Below, piece by piece: positions 14,402 through 28,319 of a stretch of DNA of 64,000 bases. The position numbers and the translations under genes are program-made. The stretch is from positions 42,844,001-42,908,000 of the forward strand of contig CM052816.1 in assembly GCA_028534125.1 (NCBI GenBank). Direction: 5' to 3'. Every line of letters begins with the position of its first letter. Positions within the stretch are counted from its first letter, which is position 1. The DNA is from Lama glama. Taxonomy: Eukaryota. The notes beneath the pieces are model-generated. The model worked only from the letters and a program-made list of their open reading frames with translations, searched no databases and was not told the DNA's origin.

Positions 14402-15155
14402 GTGAGTATCTTTCTGTCCTGAATTCTGACAGAAAGATAAAATAACTTGTGATGTGGTAAATAATATAATTTTAAAGTATTGGCATTAGCATTCTGGAAA
14501 ATAATTAACTAATATAGCAAGGGAATTCTATTCTTTAACGAAGTTTTCTATCAGTAGTACACTGAGTTTCTTCCATGTGCTATCGTACTGCTCTGGGTGT
14601 TACAGAAAATGGAGAGAAGGAGGTGGACTTTTTTGAACATGTTATGGTTATGTGATAATATTATGCTTGTAATGTTGCCATTGAGTAAGCGTTAGCTATT
14701 GTGCCTCTGAATCCCAAAAGATAATTTTACTTAAAAGCTTCTTGAAGGTAAGAAAATAAGCACTGGAACACTGCAAATTATCTGAAAATGTGAGTAAACA
14801 TGAAGTCACTGATGTTCTATAAAAGGGATTTTCACTGTATTTTAGTTCATAACAGCCAGATATTTTCAGGAGTCTATAAAGTATTTTGTTAACCTCTTTC
14901 TGTGTGTAATATGTCCATTCATAGTTTACATAAGTAGTTGGTAAACATTATGGTCGTAGCTAATATGTTTTGAACACTTATTACGTCTAATAATTCCAGT
15001 GCCTTAAGTCTGTGTGCGTCTTTTTTTGTTTATTATTTCTACTGGTTTTCATGCTAGCTTTGTTTCTTGGTTTGCCTGACTGGGTGAGCTTGTAGATTTT
15101 TTTTGTGGTAATAATTTGAGGCCTAGAATTGAGGTATATTTCTACAGAAAGAAAT

Positions 15156-15655
15156 NNNNNNNNNNNNNNNNNNNNNNNNNNNNNNNNNNNNNNNNNNNNN
15201 NNNNNNNNNNNNNNNNNNNNNNNNNNNNNNNNNNNNNNNNNNNNNNNNNNNNNNNNNNNNNNNNNNNNNNNNNNNNNNNNNNNNNNNNNNNNNNNNNNNN
15301 NNNNNNNNNNNNNNNNNNNNNNNNNNNNNNNNNNNNNNNNNNNNNNNNNNNNNNNNNNNNNNNNNNNNNNNNNNNNNNNNNNNNNNNNNNNNNNNNNNNN
15401 NNNNNNNNNNNNNNNNNNNNNNNNNNNNNNNNNNNNNNNNNNNNNNNNNNNNNNNNNNNNNNNNNNNNNNNNNNNNNNNNNNNNNNNNNNNNNNNNNNNN
15501 NNNNNNNNNNNNNNNNNNNNNNNNNNNNNNNNNNNNNNNNNNNNNNNNNNNNNNNNNNNNNNNNNNNNNNNNNNNNNNNNNNNNNNNNNNNNNNNNNNNN
15601 NNNNNNNNNNNNNNNNNNNNNNNNNNNNNNNNNNNNNNNNNNNNNNNNNNNNNNN
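15156..15655. other. Assembly gap of exactly 500 N
   Basis: Run of n in the sequence; the round length suggests a placeholder size. Confidence 0.99.
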
Positions 15656-15670
15656 GTATTTAATTTTTAG

Positions 15671-15859
<189 letters not shown>

Positions 15860-16799
15860 TAATTAAAATGCTTCTTGATATCAAATGAGGTCAGGGTATG
15901 CTCCATTTTCTTTGTCTTGCCCTTAAACTCACCATATATTTCTCATTTTCAAGATTTAAAGGGTATTGTGATTAGAGAAACTAAAGAAGTCGAATACTCA
16001 TTTAGGATCTACTGCTACACTGCTTCAAAGCTTTTAAAATTGTTGATTATAAATTTCCTCCATTTAAAACAGTGTTGAAAATACTGTCTTTTACAGGAGG
16101 TTTAATGTAAGAGAGCTAAGTGTTAACATTTTATAATAAGGTTACCATAATGGTGTTTAACTCTACCTTTAGGGGCAGTGCGTGTAGTTTTTTTAAAGCC
16201 ACTTTATAGGTAACGTATATCCAAGATTTTAATGGGTTTTTAATGCCTTTAGAAATATTTTCAGGATTGATTCCTGAATCAATAGACTGTCTGCCCTTTC
16301 AGCTGACTCTGGTTATCCACAATGACAAATACATAATGATCACTGTGTACTTTATTCTTACTGATACTAAAATACAAAAAGTATGTAATTATTTTATTCA
16401 ATTTGTCATAGTTCTTTCTGTGTTCCAGACACAGTATGAAAGGGGCTTTTTGATATAGATTTTACAGAAGCTTATTTTACAACAGTTTGTTCTTCATTTA
16501 GCTCTTTTGTTATTTCAACGTTTTGATTGCTGCTTAAAAAGGTTATGTAATGGTATAAAATAGTTGGATTATGCAAGCTAAGCCTCCTTTTTGCTTTAAT
16601 TCTTGAAGAAAGATGTTGCTTTTTTCCCTCAGAATAAATTTGCCATATGAGGGTTAAGATACTTTAATTCTGAGGTCAACTGGATATTGATGATCTCTTA
16701 TTCTTTATCAAGAGGAAAAACATCTTGTCAAACTAAAAGGGAAAATTTAAAGGATAAATTATACAGTGAGTAAAGTCTTAAGAGATAGGGTGTATGTTT

Positions 16800-19700
16800 T
16801 CTTTTATACTATGATATAATTCACAATGAATAGAGTGTAAAAATCTTAAAAGTACCACTCATTACATATGTATGTACCTTTTTAACCACTACCTTTATAT
16901 CAGAATATTTCCCACAGCTTAGCTGTCTCCTCTGTGCCACTGCCTTTGTAATCTCTCCCACCTCAAAAAATAAATAAATAAATAAAAAGGGAACCACTAT
17001 TCTGACTTCTATCACTTCTATCTAATTTTGCCTGTTTTTGAACTTGATATAAATGGAGTATCCTGTTGTACGTGATTAGTTTCATTCAACATTGCCTCTG
17101 TGAAATTCATTTAGTTGTTTCATATAGCCATAGTTTTTTTCATTTATTTTTATGACTATACTGTAAAATATCTCTTTTACTGTTGATGGACATTTGGATT
17201 CCACTTGACCCTTGAACATCACAGGTTTGAACTGCACAGGTCCACCTATACATGGATATTTTTCGATAGTAAATACTGTAGTACTGTACGGTCTATGATT
17301 GGTTGAATCCTTGGAACTATAGATACAGTATCTATGTTGTTCAAGGGTTCACTGTGTTTCCAGGTTTTGGCTATTATGATTAATGCTGCTGAGTCCATCC
17401 TGGAATATGTCTTCTGGTGGGTGATAGAGTATGTGTATATTTACTTTTATTGGTCCCGTCAAATGGTTTTTTAAAATGATTGTCCAACTTAAGTTCCCAC
17501 CAGCAAATTATGAGCAGCTGAATTGCTGATATTCCTAGATGGTGGTTATTGTTTTCCCTTTTCAGTGAATGTGTGGGTAGTAGTATCTTGTGGTGGTTTT
17601 AACTTGAATTTACCTGATGACAAATGCTGTTGAGCCTCTATTCATATACTTATTGAACCTTTGGATATCCTCTTTTTAGAGTATTTTTTCCTTAGTGCAG
17701 TTTTTCATGGGTTGTTTTCTTACTGAATTGTTGGAATTTGTTATATTTTCTGGGTACAAGCTCAGTTTTGGATGTCTCTGTTGCAGGCATTTTCTCACAT
17801 CTGTGCCTTGGCTTAACACTTTCTTAATATTACTTTTTGATAAGTAGTTCTTAATGAAATCTAGTTTATCATTTTTAAATGGTTAATGCTTTATTGAGGC
17901 ATTCTATTTAAGAACCCTGCTTAACCTCAAGTTCATGAAGATACTGTTCTGTTTTTCTTTAGAAACAATTGTTTTACCTTTCACATGTAAATCTATAGTT
18001 CATCCTGGATTAATTTTTGTGAATGTTACAGGGTCAGGGTTCATTTTTTTTTCATGTGAACATGTAATTGTCCTAGCACCATCCTTTGAAAAGAACGTTA
18101 TGTCTCCACTGGATTGTAGTGATGCTTTTGTCATAAATCGAGTGATTGTGTATGTGTGGGTCATTTAGGGCTCCCTGTTCTTTTACTTCTTTTTCACTGA
18201 TCTGTTTGTTTATTCTTGCTAACAGTTTTATAATTAGTTTTGATGTGTGGAGGTAATATTAAGAGCTCCAGCTTTTTTGTTTTCCTTCAAGTTTGTCTCA
18301 GTCATTTTAGGTCTTGCATTTACATATAAATTGTCAATTACCCTCCCCTCCCCAACAAAGCAAAAGCCCTACTGGGATCTTGATTGGAATTGCATGAATC
18401 TATAGTTTAATTTGGAGAGAAATGACAAAGTATTACTATTGAGTTTCTCTATCCAGAAATGTTTTATAGTCCTCATTATTTAAGTTTTAAGTTTCTCTAA
18501 GCAGTGTTTTACAGTTTTCAATATAGAGGTCTTTTACATTTTTGTGTTACATTTATTTCTAAGTTGATTTTTTTTGCTCTATTACAAGTAGTATTTTTTT
18601 CTGTATGTTACTGTCAAACATGTAGAAATACAGTTGGTTTTTATATATTAACCTTCCAGGAACCTTGCTAAATAAATTCACTTATTCTTTTGAAATGGTT
18701 TTGGGTTTTCTATATACACAATTATGTGCTTTGGAATAATGAAGTTTCACTTTTTCTTTCCAATATTTTTATGCTAATTTTTTCTTGCCATATTGCACTG
18801 TATAAAGCCTCCAATACAATGTTAAGCAGAAGTACTGATAAGGGAGCATTCTTCTTTTATTCTCTACCTCAGGTAGAAAGCATTTACAATGTCATGATTA
18901 AGTATAATATTTGCTTTAAGTTTTTGTAGGTTTGTCTATCAGATTCAAAAATGGCTTTCCAGTTTATATTCCAGATTAAGGAAGTTCTTTTCTATTCTGA
19001 GTTTATCGAGAAAGATTTGTTTTTTATTATGAATGAGTGGGTTTTGCAGGGAGCATCTATGAAAATGGTTCCTTTTCTTTATTCTGTTAATGTGGTAGAT
19101 TGCATTGATTTTCAAACGTTAAATCAACATTTCATTCTTAGAAGAAACTCTACTTGGTCATGACATATTATATATTGCTAGAGTCAATTTGTTAATTTCT
19201 TTGTTTAGAATTTTTGTACCTATATTCACGAGAGAGATTGGGCTGTAATTTTTCTTTCTCTTAAGGTTCTTGTTAGGTTTTGGTATCTGTGTTATTCCTT
19301 TTTTGTCTATTTTCTGAAAGAGTTTGTATAAGAGTAACATTTATTTCTTTAATGTTTGGAAGAATTCATCATTGAAGCCATTCAGGCCAAGAATTTCCTT
19401 TATAGAAAAGTTTGTGTCTTTTTAAATTAGAGATTAAAATTTTTAAATAGACATAGAACTCTGAAGATTTCCTGTTTCTTTAACATTAGTGAGTTGCAAG
19501 GAATTTATTCAGCACAACTCTATTTCAAATTTATTAGCATAAAGTTGTTCAAGATACCCTCTTTTTTTTTTGTAAAATCTGTAATAATTTTCCCTTCTGC
19601 ATTCTTATATTGGTAATTTTGTGTTGTCTTGATAACAAGCAATTTTATTAACATTTCAAAGAACCAGCTTTTTGTTTTGATTTTATTATACTTTCTTTAC

Positions 19701-20350
19701 ATGTTATTTATTTCTTTGTTATTTACTTAACTTTCTTTGGATTTAGTCCCCCCCACCCCCAGCTTCTTGACATAGAAACTTACAAATTTTTCATCTTTCT
19801 GCAATATATGCACCTCTTAAGATTTTATGTAATGCTTTCATTATCATTCATTTGAAATGTTTTCTCATTTCTAGTTTAATTCCACTTAATCAGAATGCAC
19901 TTTGTGTGATTTTAATTATTTGAGATGTGTTCAGACTTGTTTTATGACCTATTGTAAGGTCAGATTTGATAAATGCTGCATACACATTTGCAAAGAATGT
20001 ATTTTGCAGTTATTGAGTGTAATCTTCTAAATATGTCATTTAAGGCAAGCTGATTATGTTTAAATCTTCTGTATCTTTACTCTTTTGTCTGTTTCTTTCA
20101 TCATTGCTGAATTAGGCATGTTAAAATCTCTAACTTTGTTTCTGGATCTGTCTCCTTCATTTCTATCAACCTTTGCTTCATAAATTCTGTGATTAGGTGT
20201 ACACAAATGTCAGAATGTTATATCTTCTTGTTGAATTGACTGTTTCATCATTATGAAGCAACCCACTTTATCTCTTAACATTTCTTGTCTTAAAGTCTAC
20301 TTCGTTGGTACAGCTATGAAAACTGCTTTGATTAGTATTTATATGATATA
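16800..20350 (-). mobile_element. Old L1 (L1M-type) 3' half, antisense in a SKIC3 intron
   Basis: T-rich + strand with L1 hallmarks (gatggacatttgg...tttccaggttttggctattatg; gattggaattgcatgaatctatag); ORF 19158..19340 gives a degenerate RT motif (KNYSPISLVNIGTKILNK). Confidence 0.85.
17202..17354. mobile_element. Tigger2-type MITE, internally deleted, nested in L1
   Basis: TIRs CACTTGACCCTTGAACA...TGTTCAAGGGTTCACTG interrupt the contiguous L1 motif catttggatt|tgtttccagg. Confidence 0.8.
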
Positions 20351-20634
20351 TCTGTAATGTGAAAAAAAAAATCACATTGAATTTTTATTTTGTTCCTGAC
20401 TTGCCATCTTGGGAGACCATTTAAGACTTCAGAGTAGATGCGGATAGTAAGCTGTTGCTAATGGAATTGGTGAGAATGGCTACCTCTTTCTTGACTTGTG
20501 ATTTTTGTTGTAGGGGCACAAAATTTACCAGTAATTAAATTAAAACTGTAACTTTATCAAAGTCTATTGAATTTGTTGGAAGTAGAATGTGTACTAAACT
20601 AAATCTTCTGGGATCTTCTCTTTCTTTTCCTCAG

Positions 20635-20787
20635 TGGCTGGCACACATTTATCAGTCGCAAGGGATGATGGGTGCTGCAGAGATGTGTTATAGGAAAAGT
20701 CTCCAAGTAGCATCCCAGCAGGGCAGCTGGAGTGGGAAGCTCTCAAGTTTGTTGAGACTAGCACTGCTTGCATTAGAAGTCTGCATG
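20635..20787 (+). CDS. SKIC3: SKIC3 exon ([51 protein letters not shown])
   Basis: Strong pyrimidine tract + tcag, gtaag donor; 153 nt; in ORF 20587..20847. Confidence 0.94.
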
Positions 20788-23450
20788 GTAAGATCATGTT
20801 GTTATTATTATTATGAAAAATTGATTCTTTTATTTTTTGTAGGATAAAAGCTTTTTACATAGTGATATTCCATAGAGTGCCTATTGTCTCATCGCCTTCT
20901 AGCATGGTCTCCTTATGGATTTTGTATTTGGGCTTTTGATGGGCATAAGAGTAGCATAACATAAACCCATAGATTACGGCAGAACATTGTCACTGTTTAG
21001 GGGAAAAAACAAAGATTATAATTTTAAAAGTTGAATTTTGGCAAAATATACCTTTTTGTTTCTTAGTGATTTAAGTTAGAATTAACCTAGCTAGTCATCT
21101 GTGACAAAGATGCCAATAATTGACATTTTAGTCATTTCTCAGTTCAATTTGACATTCTATAAGAGGGACTTCTAGTAATTTTTTGGCTTGATATGTTTTC
21201 TGACACTAAGTTAGGTATATTAGTGTAGAAGTTTTATATGCTACTGTGGAAAACTCTTCAAGATAAATATTTAAGTGGATGTGAAAGAGCAAACTGCGGA
21301 ACAGTGTGTATGATACCGTATTTGAGTGTATTATGTGAGGTATATATTTTTAAGAATATATATCTCGAAATATATTCTGTGCATTTGCATGTGTGCACAC
21401 TAATAGGGACATAGATATAACAAGATATAAAGGAAACTTAATGGCAGTTATGTTGGAGAGTAGTACTGGGGGTCTTAAGTGGTGGTAGGGGAGAATTTTT
21501 CATTTTATATCTTTTGATGGTATTTGATTTTTTTTTATCATATGCATGTTACTTCTGTAATTAAAAGATAAAATGTCATTTTTTGGTTTATATGACTGGA
21601 AGAAATTGTCCTAGACAGGCCTGAATTAACTCATGCTTTTGCCATAATAATCTGTTGCCAACATTATTTACTTGCTTTAACTAGACATTTTGACAAAGAA
21701 ATGTAAGAATTAGGAAATTTACTCAGCTTTGGTGCTATTACTATAGAGCACATGTCAGAGCTCCTTAGCTTCGAGCCATGTTTTGTTCATCTTTGCATCC
21801 TTGCTTTACGTCTCTGCCTTACACATAAGAGCTCCTCAACTGGTGGTTTTTGAATGAATGAACAAATAGTAACAGTAGTCAAATTTGAGGTGGTTTGGCT
21901 GGAAAGAAATGGTGGTTAATCGTAATTGTAGACAACCAAACATTTTGTTTTGTTTGTCCCATGTTTTTATTTAACAAAGGTCTTTGTGACCTTGGTAGCT
22001 GGTGGGCTGTGGAAGCCACGTGTGGTACCTATAAATGCTCTTGAATATATGAACTCGAGAAGTAGATACTCTTCTAGTCTAACTTATTATTTGTTAATTA
22101 ATAAATTTTATTTAGTGGTGTGATTTTTTTGTTTGTTCTTCATGCTGCAAAATTGAATCTGACCTGGAGTAAAATAATAGTAGCAATAATAATAGCAAAC
22201 ATACAGCACACTCAGCCTGTGCTAGGTACTGTTACTGTGCTTTACACATGTTAACTTATTTAATATTCATCAGAACCCTATTTTACAGATGAGGAAATTA
22301 GCTTACAATTTAGTAATACCCGTGCATACCTGCCTCCCCCTCTCCAACCACTGCTGTAACTACAAAAAGTGTTTTCTCTGAGAGCCTTGATTCTGGTTCT
22401 GCCATTTACTTCCTCTGGAAACTTCAGCCAGTTAAGCTGTCTAGAGGCCCTTCCACCTCTTTTTTTGGTAATAGTGGAGGTAGTAATACCTGCTCTGCCT
22501 TCTTACAGGGTTGTTAGGAATATCAAATGAAATAACATTTACAAATGCTTTTGTTAAACTTTAAAGTACCATCCACATCTCATTTGCTTGTTATAAGATT
22601 TGATACCCAGTAATTATTATAAGGAGATACCACATTTCTCTGGTAAATAGCTGGCAGTGTGCAGAGAAGATGAGTCTATTAAAATTAGACTGTTTTATGA
22701 GAGGCTATTGTATGGGTGATAATATATGAACAGGCTATTAAAAAAGGTTCAGCTAAGATATTAAATGTCAGATTCCAAAGAGAGGTATCAGATCAAGATA
22801 CAGGTTTCTGAAGCAGGTGGAAGACTGACCTATATGAAATGAAAGGATTAGAAGAGTACAGGTGGAAGATTGTGAAGAAATGTCTTTGGAGAAAGCTGTT
22901 ACCTCCCCCATCGTCTCCCTGGCACATTTCCACACACAGATACCCAGCAGGTGAGGAAGGGAGTGCTGCCAGGGAGAGGGAGGCTTTGGTGTGTGACCTC
23001 TGAGGTCCCGAGGCACGTGTCTGGAAGCACACAAACAGATGTCTGACACATGCTTCAGAAGCCATGGCTCTCCACTTGCTGTGGAGGGAGTTGTTTATGT
23101 TTTGGAAAGTGACTGCGTGCTTTTGGGAGAGAGTGGTCAGCAGTGGGTGAATCCTAAACGTGGGCTGGAGTCTGTGCTTGGGTATAAGATGCCCTCTATC
23201 TTGTGAAAGACAGTTGCTGCCGTGTGGAGTTGGCAGCGCTCCCAGAGCTTGTTAGAGCCAGGAATGAATAATGCTAGCTGGGACAGTGGACTGGCATAGG
23301 GATTATCTTAGACCCTGTCCAGCAGAGCCACCTAGAGGAGTGATGGGATCTCAGCAGAAGGGAAGCTAGAGATTTCCAGATTGCCGAGGGTTGTGAAGAG
23401 AGTAAGTGGAATGGAGTACCTTCGTCCAGGTTAGTGGAGCTGCAGCCGAG

Positions 23451-23621
23451 CAGGACTGCTTTGTGGGTGTGCGTCCTATCCTGTGCACTTGCACAGGGCT
23501 CCATGCTGCATTTAATACTCTGCGGTCACCATCTTGAAATTCTCCATCATTTTTGAACAAAGGGCCCTGCATTTTTGTTTTAATTTTGCACTGGGTCCCA
23601 CAGATTACATAGCTGGTCCTG
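23451..23621. mobile_element. hAT MITE, MER53-like
   Basis: TIRs CAGGAC...GTCCTG; internal ccatcttgaaattc...tttgaacaaagggccctgcattt...ttttgcactggg. Confidence 0.7.
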
Positions 23622-25231
23622 CATTGGACATTACCCACAAAGTTGGGAATCTCTCGTAAATCCAGAAAACTCTGGTTGAGAAAAGGAGCTTTAAAGATTT
23701 GTCAAGCTGAAAGAGCTAGACATCATTTTACAATGGTACCAGTCAAACACAAATTTCTGATATTTCAGTTGGGGCCTGAAACTACAAGCAAGAAAAGGTA
23801 GCAGTGTGGTTCAGAGAAATAAGTCATCCCCTGCTGCCTGTAAGCACACCCTGGTGGGGAGCTGAGGAGATGGGAGTGGGATGCAGATACTACCTTTGGG
23901 TGAAGATTGAAGTATTGAAAAGAAGAGAACATTCTAATTATGACTGCTTGTGAATGAATGTCAGAGTCATGAGACCTACTGTAATTTACATCCAGGGGTG
24001 GTGGAAAAGTCTCCTTCATATAATAAATTTTAAAGACATGATGAGAGACAAAAATAAGTATATTCTAACCACATTGTTTAATATACCAGTTACATAGAGA
24101 AGCTATTATATATTAATATTTGGGCTAACTTTGCAGATTACTTTATATGAATTCTTGGAATTTGGAGAGTGCATTATAAAAGCAACCAGTGAGAGTTTTA
24201 TGTTACCAGTTTTTAAAAATATATTCGGGATAATTTTATTAGTGTGGGCCTTGCCTTACATTCTTTGCCAGATCCTATTGCTCTCAGCTTTGTAGAAGAT
24301 GCCTCACAACCTCTGTTCTCTGTTTTCAAATTCATTATCTCTATGGCTTTCTCTTCCTTGATTACACAAATTACTATTGTCTGTACTGCACTCAGAGTTT
24401 ATTGCTCTAACTTTAAAAAAATAATTTAGTGTTTGAGATGGACTGTGTATTGACTCATTATGTTGACTTTGTTAAAACATGTACTGTAGATACCTGTAAT
24501 CATGAGATCTTGGTTACAATTTGAGGTTTCTAATGAAAGATTTTAAATGCATTTTTTTCTCCTTAGTATAATTTGTAGAGTGTTTTATTTTCAGTTACTG
24601 TTCCTTAGGAAATATTTATCTGTGTTCTTTCTCAGTCAATACATACTATAAGAAACTAAAGTTTGCAACCTAAGAAATGTATTGGTATCTTAACATTTTT
24701 CCCATTAAGTGAAATTCTTAAAAAAGTTTTCAGAATTGATGACTTTGATTTAATTTTTTATCTCTGATCTGCTTTGCACCTTTTTCCTATATTGAGATTT
24801 CATTAACATATTTCATTTCAGGCTTTTGTCTTCCTTAGATAATTTTGAAATGTAGAACTTTGTATTTATCATAAACAGTTAAAGAATCATGTTAAATTGA
24901 GTTTTGTATACTTGGTAGACCAGAAGCTTAGTAATTAATAGATTTTATTCATCTATATAATAGAGTAGTGCATTTTCTTTTAACAAATATTTTAGTGTTT
25001 TTTAAAATGATACCTACTCTTTGAAACCTTCCTTTAATCCCAGTCAACCCTTGTTTTGTAGCTCCCTAAGGGTAGGGATCAGATCTTAGCCATTTTGTAG
25101 AATTATGCTCCCTGTAGCATTTACATGGCAGCTTGGACAAGTAGGCACTCAGTAAATGAGAACTGATTGCATTTTTCAAAGTGAACATGTCAAATGTTTA
25201 ATGACTTAATATTTGTCTTTTATTTTTTCAG

Positions 25232-25362
25232 GCTAATATTTCCAACAATCACTGGCCATCCTTGGTTCAAGAAGCTACAACTGAAGCCTTGAAACTTTGC
25301 TTTTGTCCACTGGCTGTCCTTTTACAAGCTTTGTTACAATTCAGCCGCAAAATGGGGGCAAG
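25232..25362 (+). CDS. SKIC3: SKIC3 exon ([44 protein letters not shown])
   Basis: ttttttcag acceptor, gtatc donor; 131 nt, phase 0/2; overlaps ORF 25262..25450. Confidence 0.93.
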
Positions 25363-27076
25363 GTATCAAGAATCTTTTGTTCATTTTTTTCTTGGAAATA
25401 TTTCTTCACTTTTAATCCTTCTAGGAAACAAAGATTTAGAATTAGTTTAAACAACTTTGGTATAATTCATACATATATATCTACTATGGACAGGCTAGTT
25501 CTAATAGCCCAATAAAGAAGAAAATAAAGTCTTAAAATTATTTTTAAAAAGTAATTTGGTAAACAGATATAGAATATGAGAGATCTGGCATGACAGCATT
25601 TCAAGTGAAGAAGGCCTTGGAATTTTTGCTTTTCATTTATTTTAGGTTGACCCAACAGTATATAAATGTGGATTCTAGAAACAAACAAAATCCAGAAGAC
25701 CCAAGTTCAAGGCTAGATTGACATAAGTTATTGCAAGATAGTAAGCTATGAAAAAAGTAATAAATATTGAAAAGTGGGAGACATTATAAATAATGTGGTT
25801 TTTATATCTAGAAAAATCCAAAAGCTTCATAGATTAAAATATAAAAATTTTAGCCATCTTTTTATTGAAGGAGGGGATGGGGTTAGAAATAAGTTTGAAG
25901 AAAATTACTTAAACATTATATGGATGGAAAAACAGACAAGAATATTTTTAAATTCTGAGAATAATATCTAGCTCTAATGGATATCACATGTAATACAAAG
26001 CACCTGTAAGTAAAACAGTGGCTTAGGAGCATACGTTACTGGAACAGAATAGACATTATATAGTGCTTAATACATATAAATATGTGACAGAGGTCACATC
26101 AGCACTACAAAATAGGAGTGAAGGAAGAGTTAAGACCTATGGCTAATAGGCAGTTCCAGCACCATTTATTTATTTTGGGAGGCCATTATTTATATGACTG
26201 ATTTTACCAGGAAATACTTCAGCGTATAATTTGAACTTCCTAACGAACTCCTTCTGCTGAATTCAGCAGCGATGACTTAGGGGGCCGTAACCCACAACCC
26301 CTCGTAATCTCTGTCAGCACCTCCCATAATTTTTATCACCACCCAAAATCAGCCCAAATAAACACAGCTAAAGAAAAAACAGTGTACTTGCTAAGTGATT
26401 CCTATGTAAAAGCATCTTCAAGACAAGTTCTTTAGCTTCTCTTTGAAACCAATTGCTACTTATTCAGCAGTTTTGAAGTTACCACGGTTTGTGTTTTTTC
26501 TTCCAGTACAGAAGTTTCTAGAGCTATAAATATTAGTAAGTTAGGAAAGAAACAATTAAAACACAACTGTAAATCAGCCTGTTATTTACATATTCTTGAA
26601 AAAACACACTAAAAGCTTGATATTATACACTTAGCCTCTAGTATAGATGTTAAATATTTCTTCTTGTTCCACTCTATACTATCTTTGTATTATTTATTGA
26701 TGTATTTATTACCTGCCTATTTAAAAAAAAAAAAAGTAGAGGTAGAGCATGCAGAAGTGCTCATAAAATAGGGACCATTTCCCCATTGTATTTGGAATGA
26801 ACCTTAATTTACATATCTGCAAAATGGGAATAGTAATAGCACTCTTATGTTGCAAGATTGTGAATGTTAAATGTGACCATATGTGTAAAACGTTTAGCAT
26901 AGTACCTCATATATAATAAACACTTAATAAATATTAACCATTATTATTACATGTATAAAAAACTCATGAGTATTCAGCACCATGCCTGTAAAAGAATGGG
27001 AAAGATAATGTGTGCCTGCAACTTGTGTATGAAATATCTTGTATTAATTTAGTAAATTTAAATATCTTTTTCCCAG

Positions 27077-27200
27077 AGAAACACGGCGACTTTTGGAGAG
27101 AGTGGTGTATCAGCCTGGGTATCCCAGGTCTATTGTGTCAACTGCACGTTGGTACCTGCTGAGACACTTACATGCCAAAAATGACGATGAGCTCATTGGT
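27077..27200 (+). CDS. SKIC3: SKIC3 penultimate exon ([41 protein letters not shown])
   Basis: tcccag acceptor, gtaag donor; 124 nt, phase 2/0. Confidence 0.93.
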
Positions 27201-27234
27201 GTAAGAGTTGATTTTATTAAAAATATTTCATCTT

Positions 27235-27430
27235 GGACCTTTGTTGGAGGAGGGGTGAGAGTTACTGTGCTGTGCCTTGCAGGATGTCTCATAGCATCCC
27301 TCACCACTCTAACCACTGATGCCAGTAACACTGCCCTCCTCCCTTCACCCAGCTTGTAGCAACTGAAAATGCCTTCTAGACATTGCCACATCATACGTGA
27401 GGTGTGATCACCCCTGGTTGAGAACCACTG
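27235..27430. mobile_element. MER20-like hAT MITE
   Basis: ctgtgccttgcaggatg...agcatccct...gatgccagtaacac...agacattgcca...ggttgagaaccactg. Confidence 0.7.
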
Positions 27431-27708
27431 ATTTAACCTGTGGGAAATACATTCCCCTAGTGTACTCTGTAGCATAAGAAAAGATAGACGAAGGTGCCAC
27501 GTCCTGGTTGTAATATTCCTTATGACCATTGTAGTGGAGGCAAATAGGTAGATAGGCTAGGTTTAGAAGTAGTAGAATTTAATGGAATGTGCATGTTATC
27601 TTTGGAAAAATTATTTTACTTCTTATTGTCTTTTCTGTAAAATGCACATGACAATTTTTACTCTATTTCTCATGGCATGGCTCTGGTATCTAAATATGTA
27701 AACATAAA

Positions 27709-27925
27709 TAGTTGACCCTTGACCAACATGGGTTTGAACTGTGTGAGTCCACTTATATGCAGATTCTTTCAATAGTAAATACTCTAGTACTACAAGATCT
27801 GTGGTTGGTTGAATCTGTAGATGCAGAACCTTGGATATGGAGGGCTGACTATGAGGAATACATGGATTTTCTCCACTGTGCAGAGGGTCTGTGCCCCTAA
27901 CCCCACAACGTTCAGTGGTCAACTG
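27709..27925. mobile_element. Tigger2-type MITE (Tigger2a-like)
   Basis: TIRs TAGTTGACCCTTGAC...GTTCAGTGGTCAACTG; homologous to 17202-17354. Confidence 0.82.
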
Positions 27926-27980
27926 TGTGTGTGTGTGTGTGTGTGTGTGTATTATATATATACTATATACACACATATAT
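27924..27980. repeat. Compound (TG)13 plus (TA)/(CA) microsatellite at the Tigger terminus
   Basis: Direct reading. Confidence 0.9.
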
Positions 27981-28050
27981 ACATTTTTTAAAAGGAAGAG
28001 TATGTAAAACACTTTTTGGGTTAAAATTCTTATAACTTCAGCCAATAACT

Positions 28051-28176
28051 TTTTGGGGGGGCAGAGGGAGTAGGTTTCTTTATTTCTTTATGTATTTAAT
28101 GGAGGTGCTGGGGATTGAACCCAGGACCTCATGCATGCTAAGCACGCGTTCTTCCACTGAGCTATATCCTCCTCCC
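28051..28176 (-). mobile_element. tRNA-Ala-derived SINE (Vic-1-like, camelid)
   Basis: RC GGATATAGCTCAGTGG...TTAGCATGCATGAGGTCCTGGGTTCAATCCCCAGCACCTCCA with A/B boxes and A-rich tail; degenerate TSD agccaataact/agccagcaatt. Confidence 0.85.
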
Positions 28177-28319
28177 AGCCAGCAATTTTAAAATCACAAT
28201 GAAAATTAATGAGAAGTTTTTTTTAATACCTACAGCATTTGAAATACTGTTTGGTGTAGTGAAACATACAATATTAAATAAATACTGATGAAAACAATGC
28301 TTGGAGAAAGGCATTTCAA

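Noticed and set aside
27110..28045. 139-aa and 140-aa minus-strand ORFs
   Set aside because: They span MER20, Tigger and microsatellite sequence and the antisense of a SKIC3 exon; no coding signature
28100..28172. Apparent tRNA-Ala(AGC) genes here and at about 51012-51085
   Set aside because: They have SINE tails and TSDs and mutated stems, so they are SINEs rather than tRNA genes
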